Assembly (NCBI GenBank): GCA_963704885.1
Contig: CAVPIB010000004.1
Location: forward strand, 128,001-192,000
Reading direction: 5' to 3'
Source of the DNA: an uncultured Actinomycetes bacterium
GTDB taxonomy: Bacteria > Actinomycetota > UBA4738 > HRBIN12
DNA length: 64,000 nucleotides
Shown here piece after piece: positions 9,159 through 20,094 of this stretch. The position numbers and the translations under genes were made by a program. The notes under the pieces were generated by a model. It was not told the origin of the DNA. It saw nothing but the letters and a program-made list of their open reading frames with translations, and did no database searches. Position 1 is the stretch's first letter, and every line of letters starts with the position of its first letter.

Positions 9159-10666
9159 CCGGAGCGGACCCGCGATCGGGGGCGCGGGTAAGCTCGGGGG
9201 AGGTGACACCGGCCTTCCCCCCCGTTGCGCTCGAACACCTGACGGCCACGGTTCCCGGAGCCCGATTCCACGGTGACCCGGGCGTCCTGGTCTCCGACGT
9301 CGCGTACGACTCCCGTGATGTCGCGCCGAGTTCCCTCTTCTTCTGCGTCCCCGGAGCACGTACGGACGGCCATGGTTTCGCGCCGAGCGCGTTGGCGGCA
9401 GGGGCGGTCGCACTCGCGGTAGAGCGATGGCTCGAGCTCGCAGCCCCGCAGGTCCTCGTGGGATCGGTGCGCGAGGCGATGGGCCCGATCTCGTCGGTCG
9501 CATTCGGTGACCCGGCGGCGTCGATGATCACCGTCGGGGTGACTGGGACCAACGGCAAGACCACGGTCACCTATCTCCTAGAGTCGATCTTCGAGGCCGC
9601 GGGTTGGAGGGCGGGCGTGGTAGGAACCACGGGTGCCCGTGTGGCGGGCGAGCCAGTGCCCCTATCGCACACCACGCCGGAAGCCCCCGATCTGCACCGC
9701 CTCCTGGCCGCCATGAGGGATCGCCACGTAGGTGCCACGGCGCTGGAGATCTCCTCTCATGCGCTCGCGCAGCACCGCGTCGATGGCTTGGTCGTCGACG
9801 TCGCCGTCTTCACGAACCTCTCCCAGGATCATCTGGACTTCCATGGAAGCATGGAGGCGTACTTCGAGGCGAAAGCCCGCTTGTTCGCACCCTCCCATGC
9901 CAGACGCGCGGTCGTGAACATGGATGACCCGGCCGCCCGGCATCTGCTCATTCCATCGATCCCGATCACCACGTACGGGATCGATCACGACGCTGATATC
10001 CGCGCGGTCGATGTCGTGGCGAACGCCGACGGGATCGCCTTCGCGGTCGACGGTGTAGAGATCCGTTCGAGCCTCAAGGGACGGTTCAATGCCGAGAACG
10101 CGCTCGCCGCCGTAGCTGCGGCTCGCGCGCTCGGTGTGGGATACGGCGAGATCGCCACCGGGATCGGCGCACTCGACCACGTTCCGGGACGCATGGAGAC
10201 GTTCGACGCCGGACGAGGTTCGCTGGTGGTGGTGGACTACGCGCACACGCCCGATAGCATCCGAAGCGTGCTCCTCGCGGCACGCCCGCTGGCGTCTGGT
10301 CGGCTGATCGTCGTGTTCGGTTGCGGTGGAGACCGTGACCGTCACAAGCGTCCCCTGATGGGAGCCGTTGCCACGTCTACCGCGGATCTGACGATCGTGA
10401 CCTCGGATAACCCACGATCGGAGGACCCCCTCGCGATCATCTCGGAGATCGAGCCGGGCGCGACCGAGGGTGGCGGTGCCTTCCTCATCGAGCCCGACCG
10501 ACGCGCGGCTATCCGCCTGGCTCTGCAGCGGTCCGCGCCCGGCGACGTGGTCGTGATCGCCGGCAAGGGGCACGAGCTCACCCAAGAGTTCGGCGACCGC
10601 ACGATCCCGTTCGACGACCAGGCAGTGGCCCGCGAAGAACTCGCGGCGATCGGACGGGGAGCATGA
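9155..10666 (+). CDS. murE: UDP-MurNAc-tripeptide synthetase (DAP-type)
   Basis: GVTGTNGKTT, DHLDFH, DYAHTPD, SDNPR (DAP-specific DNPR). Confidence 0.96.
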   Translation: MTGADPRSGARVSSGEVTPAFPPVALEHLTATVPGARFHGDPGVLVSDVAYDSRDVAPSSLFFCVPGARTDGHGFAPSALAAGAVALAVERWLELAAPQVLVGSVREAMGPISSVAFGDPAASMITVGVTGTNGKTTVTYLLESIFEAAGWRAGVVGTTGARVAGEPVPLSHTTPEAPDLHRLLAAMRDRHVGATALEISSHALAQHRVDGLVVDVAVFTNLSQDHLDFHGSMEAYFEAKARLFAPSHARRAVVNMDDPAARHLLIPSIPITTYGIDHDADIRAVDVVANADGIAFAVDGVEIRSSLKGRFNAENALAAVAAARALGVGYGEIATGIGALDHVPGRMETFDAGRGSLVVVDYAHTPDSIRSVLLAARPLASGRLIVVFGCGGDRDRHKRPLMGAVATSTADLTIVTSDNPRSEDPLAIISEIEPGATEGGGAFLIEPDRRAAIRLALQRSAPGDVVVIAGKGHELTQEFGDRTIPFDDQAVAREELAAIGRGA

Positions 10667-12024
10667 AGCCACGGCGGATGTCGGACGTCGCCCGAGCCGT
10701 CGAGGGATTGTTCTTGGGCGAGGACGCCGAGGTGAGCTCCGTGGCCACCGACTCGCGTGAGGTGCTACCGGGGGCGCTCTTCGTTGCGCTGCCGGGGGAG
10801 CGCACCGACGGCGGTCGGTTCGTCCCCGAGGCGTTCGCCAACGGTGCTGCCGGCGTACTCGTGCGCGACGGTCTGGACGTGGACGGACCCGCCGTATCCG
10901 TCAGATCAACCGGCGAGGCACTGATGATGCTCGCACGCGACGAGCGCTCCAGGATGGGTGCACGCGTCGTGGCGGTCACCGGTGCCAACGGAAAGACGTC
11001 GACGAAGGACATGACCGCGTCCGTCCTGGGCACGATGTTGCGCACTCACGCGAGTCGCGAGTCGTACAACAACGAGGTAGGGCTGCCGGTCACCCTCCTC
11101 GAAGCAGCACCGGACACGGAGGTCGTCGTGGCGGAGATGGGTGCTCGCCACGTAGGCGACGTCGCCATCCTGTGCGGGATCGCTCGTCCGCAGATGGTGA
11201 TAGTCACCAACGTGGGAGTGGCCCATCTCGAGATCTTCGGATCGTGGGAACGGATCGTAGAGGCGTCCGCTGAGCCGGTCGATGCGCTCGGTGAGGATGG
11301 GATCGCGATGCTGAACGCCGATGACCCAGTCGTGGCGGGGTACGCGGAGCGCTGCGCGGGACGTGTCGTCACGTTCGGGTTGTCGCCGACAGCCGATGTT
11401 CGCGCTGAAGGGGTCACGCTGGCGTCCGATGGGTGCTCGACCTTCACCCTCGTCTCGGCGGGCGAGCGGGTTCCGGTCACGCTCGCCGTCCCCGGAGAGC
11501 ACATGGTGTCCAACGCGCTCGCGGCGGCGGCGGCGGGAGTGACCCTGGGCGTCCCGCTCGAGCGGTGCGCCCTCGCCTTGGCTGAGGCGGCCGTCTCGGC
11601 CTGGCGCATGGAGACCTTCACGACCGGCGATGGCATCCGCGTGGTGAATGACGCCTACAACGCGAACCCCGAGTCCATGGCGGCCGCGCTCCGAGCGGCT
11701 CGCTGGATGGCGGGCGAGGGACATCTGATCGCCGTGTTGGGGACGATGGCTGAGCTTGGGCCGATCGCCGCGCGGGAGCACGAGCGGATCGGCGAGTTGG
11801 CAGCGAGGATCCGCGTGGATCGTCTGATCGCGGTGGGGGAGTCAGCCGGGCCGATCGCCGCGGCCGGGCTGCGGGAAGGCGTCGAACCCGCGAACGTGGC
11901 GTGCTACGACGATCCCCAGGAGGCCCTGGACGACGTGCGCCGGACCGCCCGGCCCGGTGATCTGGTCCTGTTCAAGGGATCCCGCGTGGCTGGGCTCGAG
12001 CGGCTCGCCGAGGCGATGCGGTGA
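10663..12024 (+). CDS. murF: UDP-MurNAc-pentapeptide synthetase
   Basis: VTGANGKTSTKD, SYNNEVGLP, NDAYNANPESM, KGSR. Confidence 0.96.
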   Translation: MKPRRMSDVARAVEGLFLGEDAEVSSVATDSREVLPGALFVALPGERTDGGRFVPEAFANGAAGVLVRDGLDVDGPAVSVRSTGEALMMLARDERSRMGARVVAVTGANGKTSTKDMTASVLGTMLRTHASRESYNNEVGLPVTLLEAAPDTEVVVAEMGARHVGDVAILCGIARPQMVIVTNVGVAHLEIFGSWERIVEASAEPVDALGEDGIAMLNADDPVVAGYAERCAGRVVTFGLSPTADVRAEGVTLASDGCSTFTLVSAGERVPVTLAVPGEHMVSNALAAAAAGVTLGVPLERCALALAEAAVSAWRMETFTTGDGIRVVNDAYNANPESMAAALRAARWMAGEGHLIAVLGTMAELGPIAAREHERIGELAARIRVDRLIAVGESAGPIAAAGLREGVEPANVACYDDPQEALDDVRRTARPGDLVLFKGSRVAGLERLAEAMR

Positions 12025-13079
12025 TATCCATCCTGATCGCCGGCGCGCTCGCGCTCGCCGTCACCCTGCTCGGCACGCCGGTGGCGATCCGCGCCTTCCG
12101 GGTGTGGGGATGGGGCCAGCGGATCCGCGAGGACGGGCCGCACACGCATCTGGAGAAGATGGGCACGCCCACGATGGGGGGGATCGTCATCCTGATCGGG
12201 CTCGTGGCCGGCTTCGTCGCGTCGCGGATCACGTTCCAGCGACTCACACCGGCCGGCCTGGCGCTCATGTTCGCCGCCGTAGGGTTCGGGGTCGTGGGGT
12301 TCCTGGACGACTTCTTGAAGGTCCGCCGCCGACGTTCGCTCGGGCTGTCCAAGGCCCAGAAGTTCTTGGGGACGGCGATCGTCTCAGTGATATTCGCTTT
12401 GATCGTCATGCACTACTCGGCCGATACGGGCACGTCGACCGAGCTCTCGTTCATCCGGTCGACCGGGTTGCATCTCGGGGCCTTCTTCGCGGTGTGGGCG
12501 TTCGTGATCCTGACCTCGTCGTCGAACGCGATGAACCTGACCGACGGACTGGATGGGCTGGCCTCTGGAGCGTCGACGCTCGTCTTGGCGGCATATGTCT
12601 TCATCGCGTTCTGGCAGTACCGGCACACGTGCGCCGGTGGACCACCCCAGGCGTGTTACCCGGTGGACATCGACGCGATGCTCGACACCGCGATCGTGGC
12701 TGCCGCGATGATGGGCGCAGCGACGGGGTTCCTTTGGTGGAACGCCGCCCCCGCACGGATCTTCATGGGCGACACGGGCTCCCTCGCCCTCGGTGGGTTG
12801 CTCGGCGCTCTCGCCATCACGACCAACACCCAGCTGCTGTTGGTGATCCTCGGCGGACTGTTCGTGATCGAGGCCATGTCCGTGATCCTTCAGGTGATCT
12901 CGTTCCGCGGCTTCGGCAGGCGCATCTTCCGGATGTCCCCGATCCACCACCATTTCGAGCTGGCGGGCTGGCCGGAGTTCACCGTGATCGTGCGCTTCTG
13001 GATCGTCTCAGGCCTGTGCGTAGCCGTCGGGCTCGGTCTCTTCTACGTCGACTTCATCAGCCGAGGTGGTCTGGGGTGA
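12021..13079 (+). CDS. mraY: Phospho-MurNAc-pentapeptide transferase
   Basis: GTPTMGG, NLTDGLDGL, IFMGDTGS, PIHHHFEL. Confidence 0.97.
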   Translation: MISILIAGALALAVTLLGTPVAIRAFRVWGWGQRIREDGPHTHLEKMGTPTMGGIVILIGLVAGFVASRITFQRLTPAGLALMFAAVGFGVVGFLDDFLKVRRRRSLGLSKAQKFLGTAIVSVIFALIVMHYSADTGTSTELSFIRSTGLHLGAFFAVWAFVILTSSSNAMNLTDGLDGLASGASTLVLAAYVFIAFWQYRHTCAGGPPQACYPVDIDAMLDTAIVAAAMMGAATGFLWWNAAPARIFMGDTGSLALGGLLGALAITTNTQLLLVILGGLFVIEAMSVILQVISFRGFGRRIFRMSPIHHHFELAGWPEFTVIVRFWIVSGLCVAVGLGLFYVDFISRGGLG

Positions 13080-14425
13080 GCGGGTCGCTCCGAGACCGCC
13101 GGGTTGTGGTGGTGGGGGCCGGTGTAGCCGGTCTGGGAGCCGCGCGGGCATCCGTGGCGCAGGGCGCCGAGGTCATCGTCACCGACTCGCGCGTAGCCGC
13201 TGATCTGGGGCTCTTGGACGACTTCCGAGAGCTGGGGGTCACGGTCCTGGCGGGGGGCCACGAACCGGCACACCTGGATGGCGCATCGCTCGTGGTCACG
13301 AGTCCCGGAGTGCCGCAAGACGCCCCGGTGCTGACCTGGGCCGAGGGTCTCGGGATCCCCGTCTGGGGAGAGCTGGAGCTGGGCGCGCACCTGTGCGAGG
13401 TGCCGTACCTGGCGGTGACGGGCACGAACGGCAAGACCACGACGACGGCCATGATCGCTGCATGTCTGCGCGCGGGTGGGACCGACGCGATCGCCTGCGG
13501 CAACATCGGCCATCCGTTCTCCGTCGCCGCGACCGAGGGACACGATGCGTTGGTGGTCGAGGCCTCCTCGTTCCAGCTCCGGTTCGTTCAGACGTTCCAT
13601 CCGCGGGTATCCGTGCTCCTCAATCTGGCGCCCGATCACCTGGACTGGCACGGGTCCGATCAGGCCTACGTCGATGCGAAGGCGAGCATCTACCGCGCCC
13701 AGGGTCCTGGAGACGTTCATGTGGCCAATCTCGACGACAGCAGGGCGGCTGCGATCTCCCGGGCGGCTCCTTGCACACTAGTCTGGTTCAGACTAGGCAC
13801 GCCCGACGAGGGGGAGGTGGGCTACGAAGGCGACGAGCTGTTCTCGCGCATCGGCGACGGGGGATCGTTGGGTCCCGTCGACGGCGAGCGAGCGGGCTTC
13901 CGGGCGGATGCCGCGGCGGCCGCGGCGGCATCGCTCTCGTTCGGTGCATCGGCCGAGGCAGTGCGGCGAGGTCTGGCTGGTTTCGTCCCCGCCCAGCATC
14001 GCGGCGAGATCGTAGCCATCGTTGACGACGTGCGGTTCCTCGACAACTCCAAGGCGACGAACGTGCACGCCACGTTGGCCGCGCTCGACGGGGTGCACGA
14101 CGCGGTCCTGATCGCCGGCGGACGCACGAAAGGCGTGGATCTGTCGCCGCTGCGTGCCAGGGTGGATCGCCTGGTGGGCGTCGTCGCCATCGGCGAAGCG
14201 GCAGACGAGCTGGAGTCCGTGTTCGACGGCCTGCTCACCGTCCGGCGATCGGGTTCGATCGAAGAGGCCACCAGAGCTGCTCTGCAGCTCGCACCCCGTC
14301 CGGGCACAGTACTGCTGGCTCCGGCGTGCGCGAGCTGGGACATGTTCAGCAGCTATGAGGAGCGCGGCGACCGGTTCGCCGCCGCCGCGCGCGCCTTGAT
14401 GGAGGAGGTTGGGGCCCGTGGGTGA
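13076..14425 (+). CDS. murD: UDP-MurNAc-L-Ala-D-Glu ligase
   Basis: SPGVP, VTGTNGKTTT, EASSFQL, DHLDWH, DNSKATN, PACASWDMF. Confidence 0.96.
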   Translation: MSGSLRDRRVVVVGAGVAGLGAARASVAQGAEVIVTDSRVAADLGLLDDFRELGVTVLAGGHEPAHLDGASLVVTSPGVPQDAPVLTWAEGLGIPVWGELELGAHLCEVPYLAVTGTNGKTTTTAMIAACLRAGGTDAIACGNIGHPFSVAATEGHDALVVEASSFQLRFVQTFHPRVSVLLNLAPDHLDWHGSDQAYVDAKASIYRAQGPGDVHVANLDDSRAAAISRAAPCTLVWFRLGTPDEGEVGYEGDELFSRIGDGGSLGPVDGERAGFRADAAAAAAASLSFGASAEAVRRGLAGFVPAQHRGEIVAIVDDVRFLDNSKATNVHATLAALDGVHDAVLIAGGRTKGVDLSPLRARVDRLVGVVAIGEAADELESVFDGLLTVRRSGSIEEATRAALQLAPRPGTVLLAPACASWDMFSSYEERGDRFAAAARALMEEVGARG

Positions 14426-15725
14426 TGGAGCGCCCGCTTCCCGAGGTCGCCGGAGTCCGTCGACTCCTCGCGACGCCCGACCTCTGACGCAGCGACCCAG
14501 CCGCGGACATCCGACGAGCCTGCGGGTGGTACGAGAGCCCGATCGGCGGTCGCGGAAGGACCCCGCGGCGATGGCTCGGACGAGCCTGCTCCTCCTCCTG
14601 GCGCCCACCGCGGTCCTCACCGCCATCGGGGTCGTCGAGGTCTTCTCCGCGAGTTCGGTGTTCGCGTTCACGACCTACGACAACAGCTTCTGGTTCCTCG
14701 AGCGCCATGCTGTTTACGCAGCGTTCGGCATAGGGTTCTTCTTCCTCACAGCTCACATGCGGTACGCCGCGTGGAGACGGCTGGCCGGCCCCTTCTTGGC
14801 GATCTCGATCGCGCTCCTCTTGCTGGCGCTGCACCCCACGGCGGGCGTGTCGGCGTACGGTGCATCCCGCTGGATCGCGCTCGGCCCACTCACCGTGCAA
14901 CCATCGGAGTTCGCGAAGCTGGCGGTGATCGCGTTCGCGGCGTCCGTGCTGACCCGCAAGGGTCGCAAGTTGGATGACTGGCTGCACATCGCCCTCCCGC
15001 TAGGTCCGATCGTGCTGCTGGTCGCCGGCATAGTGATGATGCAGCGGGACCTAGGGACCACGATCATCATCGTGGGCGGAGTCCTATCGATGCTCTTCAT
15101 CGCAGGGGTCCGGATGCGTTATCTGGTGGTGACCGGGGTCGTCTCGCTGGCGGGGTTGGCCTACCTCATCCTCGGCACGGCCTACCGTCGCGCCAGGTTC
15201 CTGTCGTTCGTCGATCCTTGGGAGGACCCGCGATACACGGGCTACCAGCTCATCCAGGGGTTGATCGCGCTCGGCTCCGGTGGGTGGTTCGGGGTGGGGC
15301 TCGGCGCCAGCCGCCAGAAGTGGGCGTACCTGCCGAACGCACACACCGACTTCATCTTCGCCGTGCTCGGCGAGGAGCTCGGCTTGTTCGGGGAGCTGGT
15401 GGTGTTGCTGCTGTTCGGCTCGGTGGTGTACGCCGGCATCCGGATCGCGGTCAGGGCGCCCGATACCTTCGGTCGACTGCTGGCCGCCGGTATCACCGGG
15501 TGGATCGGGCTCCAGGCGATCGTCAACCTCGGAGCCGTCACGGGCCTCCTCCCGATAACCGGTGTGCCTCTCCCGTTCGTCTCGTTCGGTGGAACGGCCC
15601 TCATCGTGACCCTGGGCGCCGTCGGCGTCCTCGCCTCGATCGCACGAGCGAGCGTCGGCCCGCGGCCCAAGAAGGGGGGCGGCGGCGCCCGGCCACGCGC
15701 GGCCACGAAACAGGTGTCTGCATGA
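14418..15725 (+). CDS. ftsW: SEDS peptidoglycan polymerase FtsW
   Basis: GASRWI, QPSEFAK, PNAHTDFIF, TGVPLPFVSFGG; start uncertain. Confidence 0.95.
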   Translation: MGDGAPASRGRRSPSTPRDARPLTQRPSRGHPTSLRVVREPDRRSRKDPAAMARTSLLLLLAPTAVLTAIGVVEVFSASSVFAFTTYDNSFWFLERHAVYAAFGIGFFFLTAHMRYAAWRRLAGPFLAISIALLLLALHPTAGVSAYGASRWIALGPLTVQPSEFAKLAVIAFAASVLTRKGRKLDDWLHIALPLGPIVLLVAGIVMMQRDLGTTIIIVGGVLSMLFIAGVRMRYLVVTGVVSLAGLAYLILGTAYRRARFLSFVDPWEDPRYTGYQLIQGLIALGSGGWFGVGLGASRQKWAYLPNAHTDFIFAVLGEELGLFGELVVLLLFGSVVYAGIRIAVRAPDTFGRLLAAGITGWIGLQAIVNLGAVTGLLPITGVPLPFVSFGGTALIVTLGAVGVLASIARASVGPRPKKGGGGARPRAATKQVSA

Positions 15726-16828
15726 GGGTCGTGATCGCAGCTGGTGGAACGGGCGGACATATCTTCGCGGCGTTGGCCCTGGCCGATTCGCTCGCGCGCG
15801 ATCACGGTGCGGACGTTCGGTTCATCGGCACGCCCGACGGCCAGGAGGCGGCGCGCGTGCCGGCGGCGGGGTACCGGTTCGACGCCGTCGCCTCGACGCC
15901 CCTCCTCCGGGAAGTGTCGCTGCGAGCCGCTAAGGCGCCCGTCGTAGCCCTGCGTTCCGCGTTGGCGTGCGCGCCGCTGGTTGAGGGCGCCGACGTCGCG
16001 GTAGGCACCGGTGGATACGCGAGCGTGCCGGCGATCCTCGCGGCTCGCCGCGCTCATGTGCCGATCGTTCTTCACGAGCCGAACGCCAGACCCGGCCTCG
16101 CGAACCGCATCCTGGCTCGGTTCGCCGACGCGATCGGAGTGGCGTTCGAGGGAGTGGGGCAACGGCTGCGGGGTCCCGCGCGCATCGAGGTGACCGGCTA
16201 TCCGGTTAGGGAGGCCATTCTCCGCGTCGCGGATCACCGGAAGGAGCTCGCGGACGAGGCACGCGAGGATCTCGATCTGGACCCGGACCGCAGGACGGTG
16301 CTTGTGTGGGGTGGGAGCCAGGGTGCGTTGCACCTCGACGAGGTAGTCGCGGCGGCGCTGCCGCTCCTGGGATCGGATGACGATCTCCAGCTCATCGTGT
16401 TGACAGGAGCAGCGAACCTGGCCGTCGTGGCTGCCGCGGCCGAGCGAGCGACCGGGATCCGTGTCCGAGCGCTGCCTTTCCTGGACCGGATGGAGTTGGC
16501 GCTCGCGGTAGCCGACCTGGCGGTCTCGCGGGCGGGCGCCACCACGATCGCCGAACAGACCGTCTGCGGCCTGCCGGCGCTCCTTGTCCCGTACCCGCAC
16601 GCGACCCAGAACCACCAGGAGGCGAACGCTCGCGAGCTCGAGCGCGCTGGCGCCGCCGGCGTTGTGCTGGACGTCGATCTTACGGCCCAGGTGCTCGTCG
16701 ATCGCGTGCACTCCATGTTCGGCGATCCCGCCGGGCTCGCCTCCATGGCCGAGCGGTCCCTCTCGTGGGCCAAACCCGACGCCGTCGATCGATTCGCGCG
16801 CCTGGTGGTCGAGGTGGCGAAACGATGA
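15722..16828 (+). CDS. murG: Lipid I GlcNAc transferase
   Basis: GGTGGHI, GTGGYAS, HEPN, GGSQGA, SRAGATT, HQEANA. Confidence 0.96.
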   Translation: MRVVIAAGGTGGHIFAALALADSLARDHGADVRFIGTPDGQEAARVPAAGYRFDAVASTPLLREVSLRAAKAPVVALRSALACAPLVEGADVAVGTGGYASVPAILAARRAHVPIVLHEPNARPGLANRILARFADAIGVAFEGVGQRLRGPARIEVTGYPVREAILRVADHRKELADEAREDLDLDPDRRTVLVWGGSQGALHLDEVVAAALPLLGSDDDLQLIVLTGAANLAVVAAAAERATGIRVRALPFLDRMELALAVADLAVSRAGATTIAEQTVCGLPALLVPYPHATQNHQEANARELERAGAAGVVLDVDLTAQVLVDRVHSMFGDPAGLASMAERSLSWAKPDAVDRFARLVVEVAKR

Positions 16829-18270
16829 GCATCCGTTCCGATCGCTACTCGCCGCCGGCCGGCAGCATCCCGACCTTGGCCGTGCCGTCGCTCGCCGGGG
16901 TCGGCTGTGTACACATGATCGGGATCGGGGGGGCGGGCATGAGGAACCTGGCTCGCCTGCTCATGGCGCGAGGGGTCTCAGTCAGCGGGTCGGATCTGAA
17001 GGACTCGAAGGGCCTCGGCGAACTGCGTGACCTAGGCGCACGGATCACCGTCGGTCACGACGCAGGAGCGATAGGCGATCCGGACGCGGTGATCGTCTCG
17101 AGCGCGATCGGCGAGCGGAACGTGGAGCTGGGCGAGGCCGATCGTCGCGCCGTCCCGATATGGGCGCGCGCACAGGCGATCGCAGCGCTCGCGGCGGATC
17201 GGAAGGCGGTGGCGGTCGGTGGTACCCACGGCAAGACAACCACGACGTCCATGCTCGCCGTCGTGCTTGAACGCGCCGGGCTGGATCCGACGTTCCTGGT
17301 GGGGGGCGACCTGAACGAGAGCGGCAGTGGTGCGCGATCGGGCGACGGCGACGTCTTCGTCTTCGAAGCCGACGAGAGCGACGGCTCGTTCCTGCTGGCC
17401 CATGCGTCGATCGGGATCGTCACGAACGTGGAGGTCGATCACGTCGATTTCTACCCGGGCGGGCGCGCCGAGATCGAAGCGGCGTTCGCCGCATTCATGG
17501 CGCGGTGCGATCGGGTCGTCGCCTGCACGGACGACCCCGGCGTGCGGGCATCGATCGCTTCCGCGGGGGGCTCACAGCCCGTCGTGTCGTATGGGTGCGG
17601 CGAGGGGAGCGACTGGCGGTTGGTGGTCGAGGGCGTTGGACCCGGCGGCGCCGTTGGGTCCGTCACGGATCCCTCGGGATCCGTGACGGCTTTGCGCCTG
17701 CGCGTGGACGGCGCGCACAATCTGTTGAACGCCACGGCCGCCATCGCGGCGGCCGCGCTCCTCGGCGTCGACGTGTCGGATGCGGCGGACACGCTTGCCG
17801 GCTTCACGGGCGTCCACCGGCGTTTCGAGCTCCGGGGCCGAGCGCGCGGCGCGGACTTCTATGACGACTACGGGCATGTCCCCACCGAGCTTTCCGTGAC
17901 CCTCGACGTTGCTCGGCGCACGGGACCCGGCCGTCTCGTTGCTGTCTTCCAGCCGCACCGGTACTCCAGGACGCTGGCGCTCTGGCGGGAGCTGGGCGCG
18001 AGCCTCACGGGGGCGGACATCGTGGTCGTGACCGACGTGTTCGGCGCCGATCAGGATCCGATCCCGGGCGTGACAGGCAAGCTGGTGGTCAATGGAGTCG
18101 CGGAGGCGGCGCCCGGCACGCGGGTGGTGTACCTGCCGCATCGTCGCGATGTTGTCTCATTCCTGGACAGCGAGGTGAGAGACGGAGACCTGGTGATCAC
18201 GATGGGATGCGGAGACGTCTGGATGCTCGCGGATGCCGCGCTCGAACTGATCGGGGGAGCCGCCCGATGA
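16825..18270 (+). CDS. murC: UDP-MurNAc-L-Ala ligase
   Basis: GIGGAGM, GTHGKTTT, EADESDGSF, DDYGH, FQPHRYSRT. Confidence 0.96.
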   Translation: MSIRSDRYSPPAGSIPTLAVPSLAGVGCVHMIGIGGAGMRNLARLLMARGVSVSGSDLKDSKGLGELRDLGARITVGHDAGAIGDPDAVIVSSAIGERNVELGEADRRAVPIWARAQAIAALAADRKAVAVGGTHGKTTTTSMLAVVLERAGLDPTFLVGGDLNESGSGARSGDGDVFVFEADESDGSFLLAHASIGIVTNVEVDHVDFYPGGRAEIEAAFAAFMARCDRVVACTDDPGVRASIASAGGSQPVVSYGCGEGSDWRLVVEGVGPGGAVGSVTDPSGSVTALRLRVDGAHNLLNATAAIAAAALLGVDVSDAADTLAGFTGVHRRFELRGRARGADFYDDYGHVPTELSVTLDVARRTGPGRLVAVFQPHRYSRTLALWRELGASLTGADIVVVTDVFGADQDPIPGVTGKLVVNGVAEAAPGTRVVYLPHRRDVVSFLDSEVRDGDLVITMGCGDVWMLADAALELIGGAAR

Positions 18271-19199
18271 ACACCTCGATCTCACGGGCGGAGGCGATCT
18301 TGAGAACGGCGTGCGGCGATCGGGTGAAGACCGGCTTCCCATTGGCGGCGCTCACGTCCTTCCGGATCGGCGGGCCCGCGGCTCTCTACCTGGAGCCGGA
18401 GTCGGAAACGGATCTCGCGGCCGCCGGTGAGGCCGCCATGGTTGGGGGGATCCAGGTCGTCGTGCTCGGGAAGGGGTCGAACGTGCTCGTGTCCGACGAG
18501 GGGTTCCCGGGCCTCGTGTTGCGTCTTGGTCGGAGTTTCCGATGGGCGGCGCGTGACGGTGAGCGCCTGACTGCGGGCGGCGCCATGCCGTTGCCCGCAC
18601 TCGCGGGGGTGGCGCTCCGACATGGGCTCTCGGGGATCGAGTTCGGGGTCGCGATCCCCGCCTCCGTGGGCGGCGCGATCCGCATGAACGCCGGAGCGCA
18701 CGGTGGCGATATGGCCGACGTCCTGGAGGGGGTTCACATCTACCGCCTGGAGAGAGGCGGGTCCGAGACCCTCACTCCAGAGGCCGTCGGATTCGCCTAT
18801 CGACGGACGGCGCTGCCGGACGACGCCGTCGTCACCGGAGGGGTCTTGCGGCTGGCCGACAACGACCCACGGGCGATCCGCGATCGCATGGACGAGGCGC
18901 GCGAGTGGCGGCGCAGGACCCAGCCGGTCTCAGAGCCGAACTGCGGGAGCGTGTTCACGAACCCACCCGAGGACCACGCGGCCCGTCTGATCGAGGCTGC
19001 CGGAGGGAAGGGTGTTCGCGTCGGAGGGGCTGTTGTCTCCTCGAAGCACGCCAACTTCATCGTGGCGGAACCAGGCGCCTCGGCAGCCGACGTGGCGGCG
19101 CTGATCCGTCAGATCCAGACGCTGATCGAGCAGGTAGCGGGTGTCCACCTGGAGCCAGAAGTGAAGTTGATCGGAGCGTTCGACGATGCCAGACGCTGA
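18267..19199 (+). CDS. murB: UDP-N-acetylmuramate dehydrogenase
   Basis: FRIGGPA, GKGSNVL, IPASVGGAIRMNAGA, CGSVFTNP, KHANF. Confidence 0.95.
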   Translation: MNTSISRAEAILRTACGDRVKTGFPLAALTSFRIGGPAALYLEPESETDLAAAGEAAMVGGIQVVVLGKGSNVLVSDEGFPGLVLRLGRSFRWAARDGERLTAGGAMPLPALAGVALRHGLSGIEFGVAIPASVGGAIRMNAGAHGGDMADVLEGVHIYRLERGGSETLTPEAVGFAYRRTALPDDAVVTGGVLRLADNDPRAIRDRMDEAREWRRRTQPVSEPNCGSVFTNPPEDHAARLIEAAGGKGVRVGGAVVSSKHANFIVAEPGASAADVAALIRQIQTLIEQVAGVHLEPEVKLIGAFDDARR

Positions 19200-20034
19200 A
19201 GCGACCGGACCCGAGGCCGCAGCGATCACCCGCGTGGCCGAGCCGGTGCCCCCGGATCCGGTGACCGCCGCTCCGGCTACCCCTATCTCGGAGACCGCTG
19301 CGGTGGATCGGAAGCCATGGATCCGGGGAACACCGCACCGGGGGCGCAAGCGTTGGGCCGCCATCGCCGCCATCGCAGTGGTCCTCGTTTCGGCGACCGG
19401 TGTCGGGCTCACGCGCAGCTCGTTCGTTCACGCACGAACGATCCGCGTGCACGGTGCATCGCACCTGACTCGGTCGGACGTGTTGCGGCTGGCCCAGATC
19501 GCCGTCGGGGTCAACGTCTTCATGTTGGATGCGGGTGAGGCCGAACGTCGACTGGAGGCCAATATCTGGGTGGCAGAAGCGACCATCTCCAAGCACCTTC
19601 CCGCCACGCTGGTAGTGGACATCCGGGAGCGCCATCCGGTAGCGGTCATCGAGTCGATCGGGCTCTTGCGTTTGGTCGCCGACGACGGGACCTTGCTCGA
19701 TGCTGCTGGACCCGGGGTCTCGCTACCGCTCATCGCCTCGGCCGAGGAAGCGAGGTCCGATCCGGCTCCGACCGCGATCCACGACGCTGCGCGCGTGGTC
19801 GCGGCGATGGCACCCATCCTTCGTCGTGAGGTGGCTCAGGTGTTGATCCTCGCGGACGGCACGCTGCGCGTGGATCTGCAAGGCGGCGCCGCGGTTAGCT
19901 ACGGGCGGGCGGTGGATCTGGTGGCCAAGGGCGACGCATTGCGAGCGCTCCTGCGCTGGGCTTCTGCCCAAGGGGCGGCCATCGCATCGGCGGATGTCCG
20001 GGTCCCGTCAGCCCCCACGGTCCGACTGGGGTAG
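19186..20034 (+). CDS. ftsQ: Cell division protein FtsQ/DivIB
   Basis: TM followed by a POTRA-like segment (LPATLVVDIRERHP); directly upstream of ftsZ. Confidence 0.85.
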   Translation: MPDAEATGPEAAAITRVAEPVPPDPVTAAPATPISETAAVDRKPWIRGTPHRGRKRWAAIAAIAVVLVSATGVGLTRSSFVHARTIRVHGASHLTRSDVLRLAQIAVGVNVFMLDAGEAERRLEANIWVAEATISKHLPATLVVDIRERHPVAVIESIGLLRLVADDGTLLDAAGPGVSLPLIASAEEARSDPAPTAIHDAARVVAAMAPILRREVAQVLILADGTLRVDLQGGAAVSYGRAVDLVAKGDALRALLRWASAQGAAIASADVRVPSAPTVRLG

Positions 20035-20094
20035 TAGGGCGCGGGGGACCATCCGGCGTGTCATCCGAGCGCATAACGAAACCCCGTCTCCTGC

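Noticed and set aside
11957-13075. Long N-terminal extensions in the ORF track (murD 822 aa; likewise rsmH, murG, trpB and the 680-aa ATPase)
   Set aside because: They overlap the upstream gene in another frame; real starts coincide with stop/start overlaps, so these are not fusions
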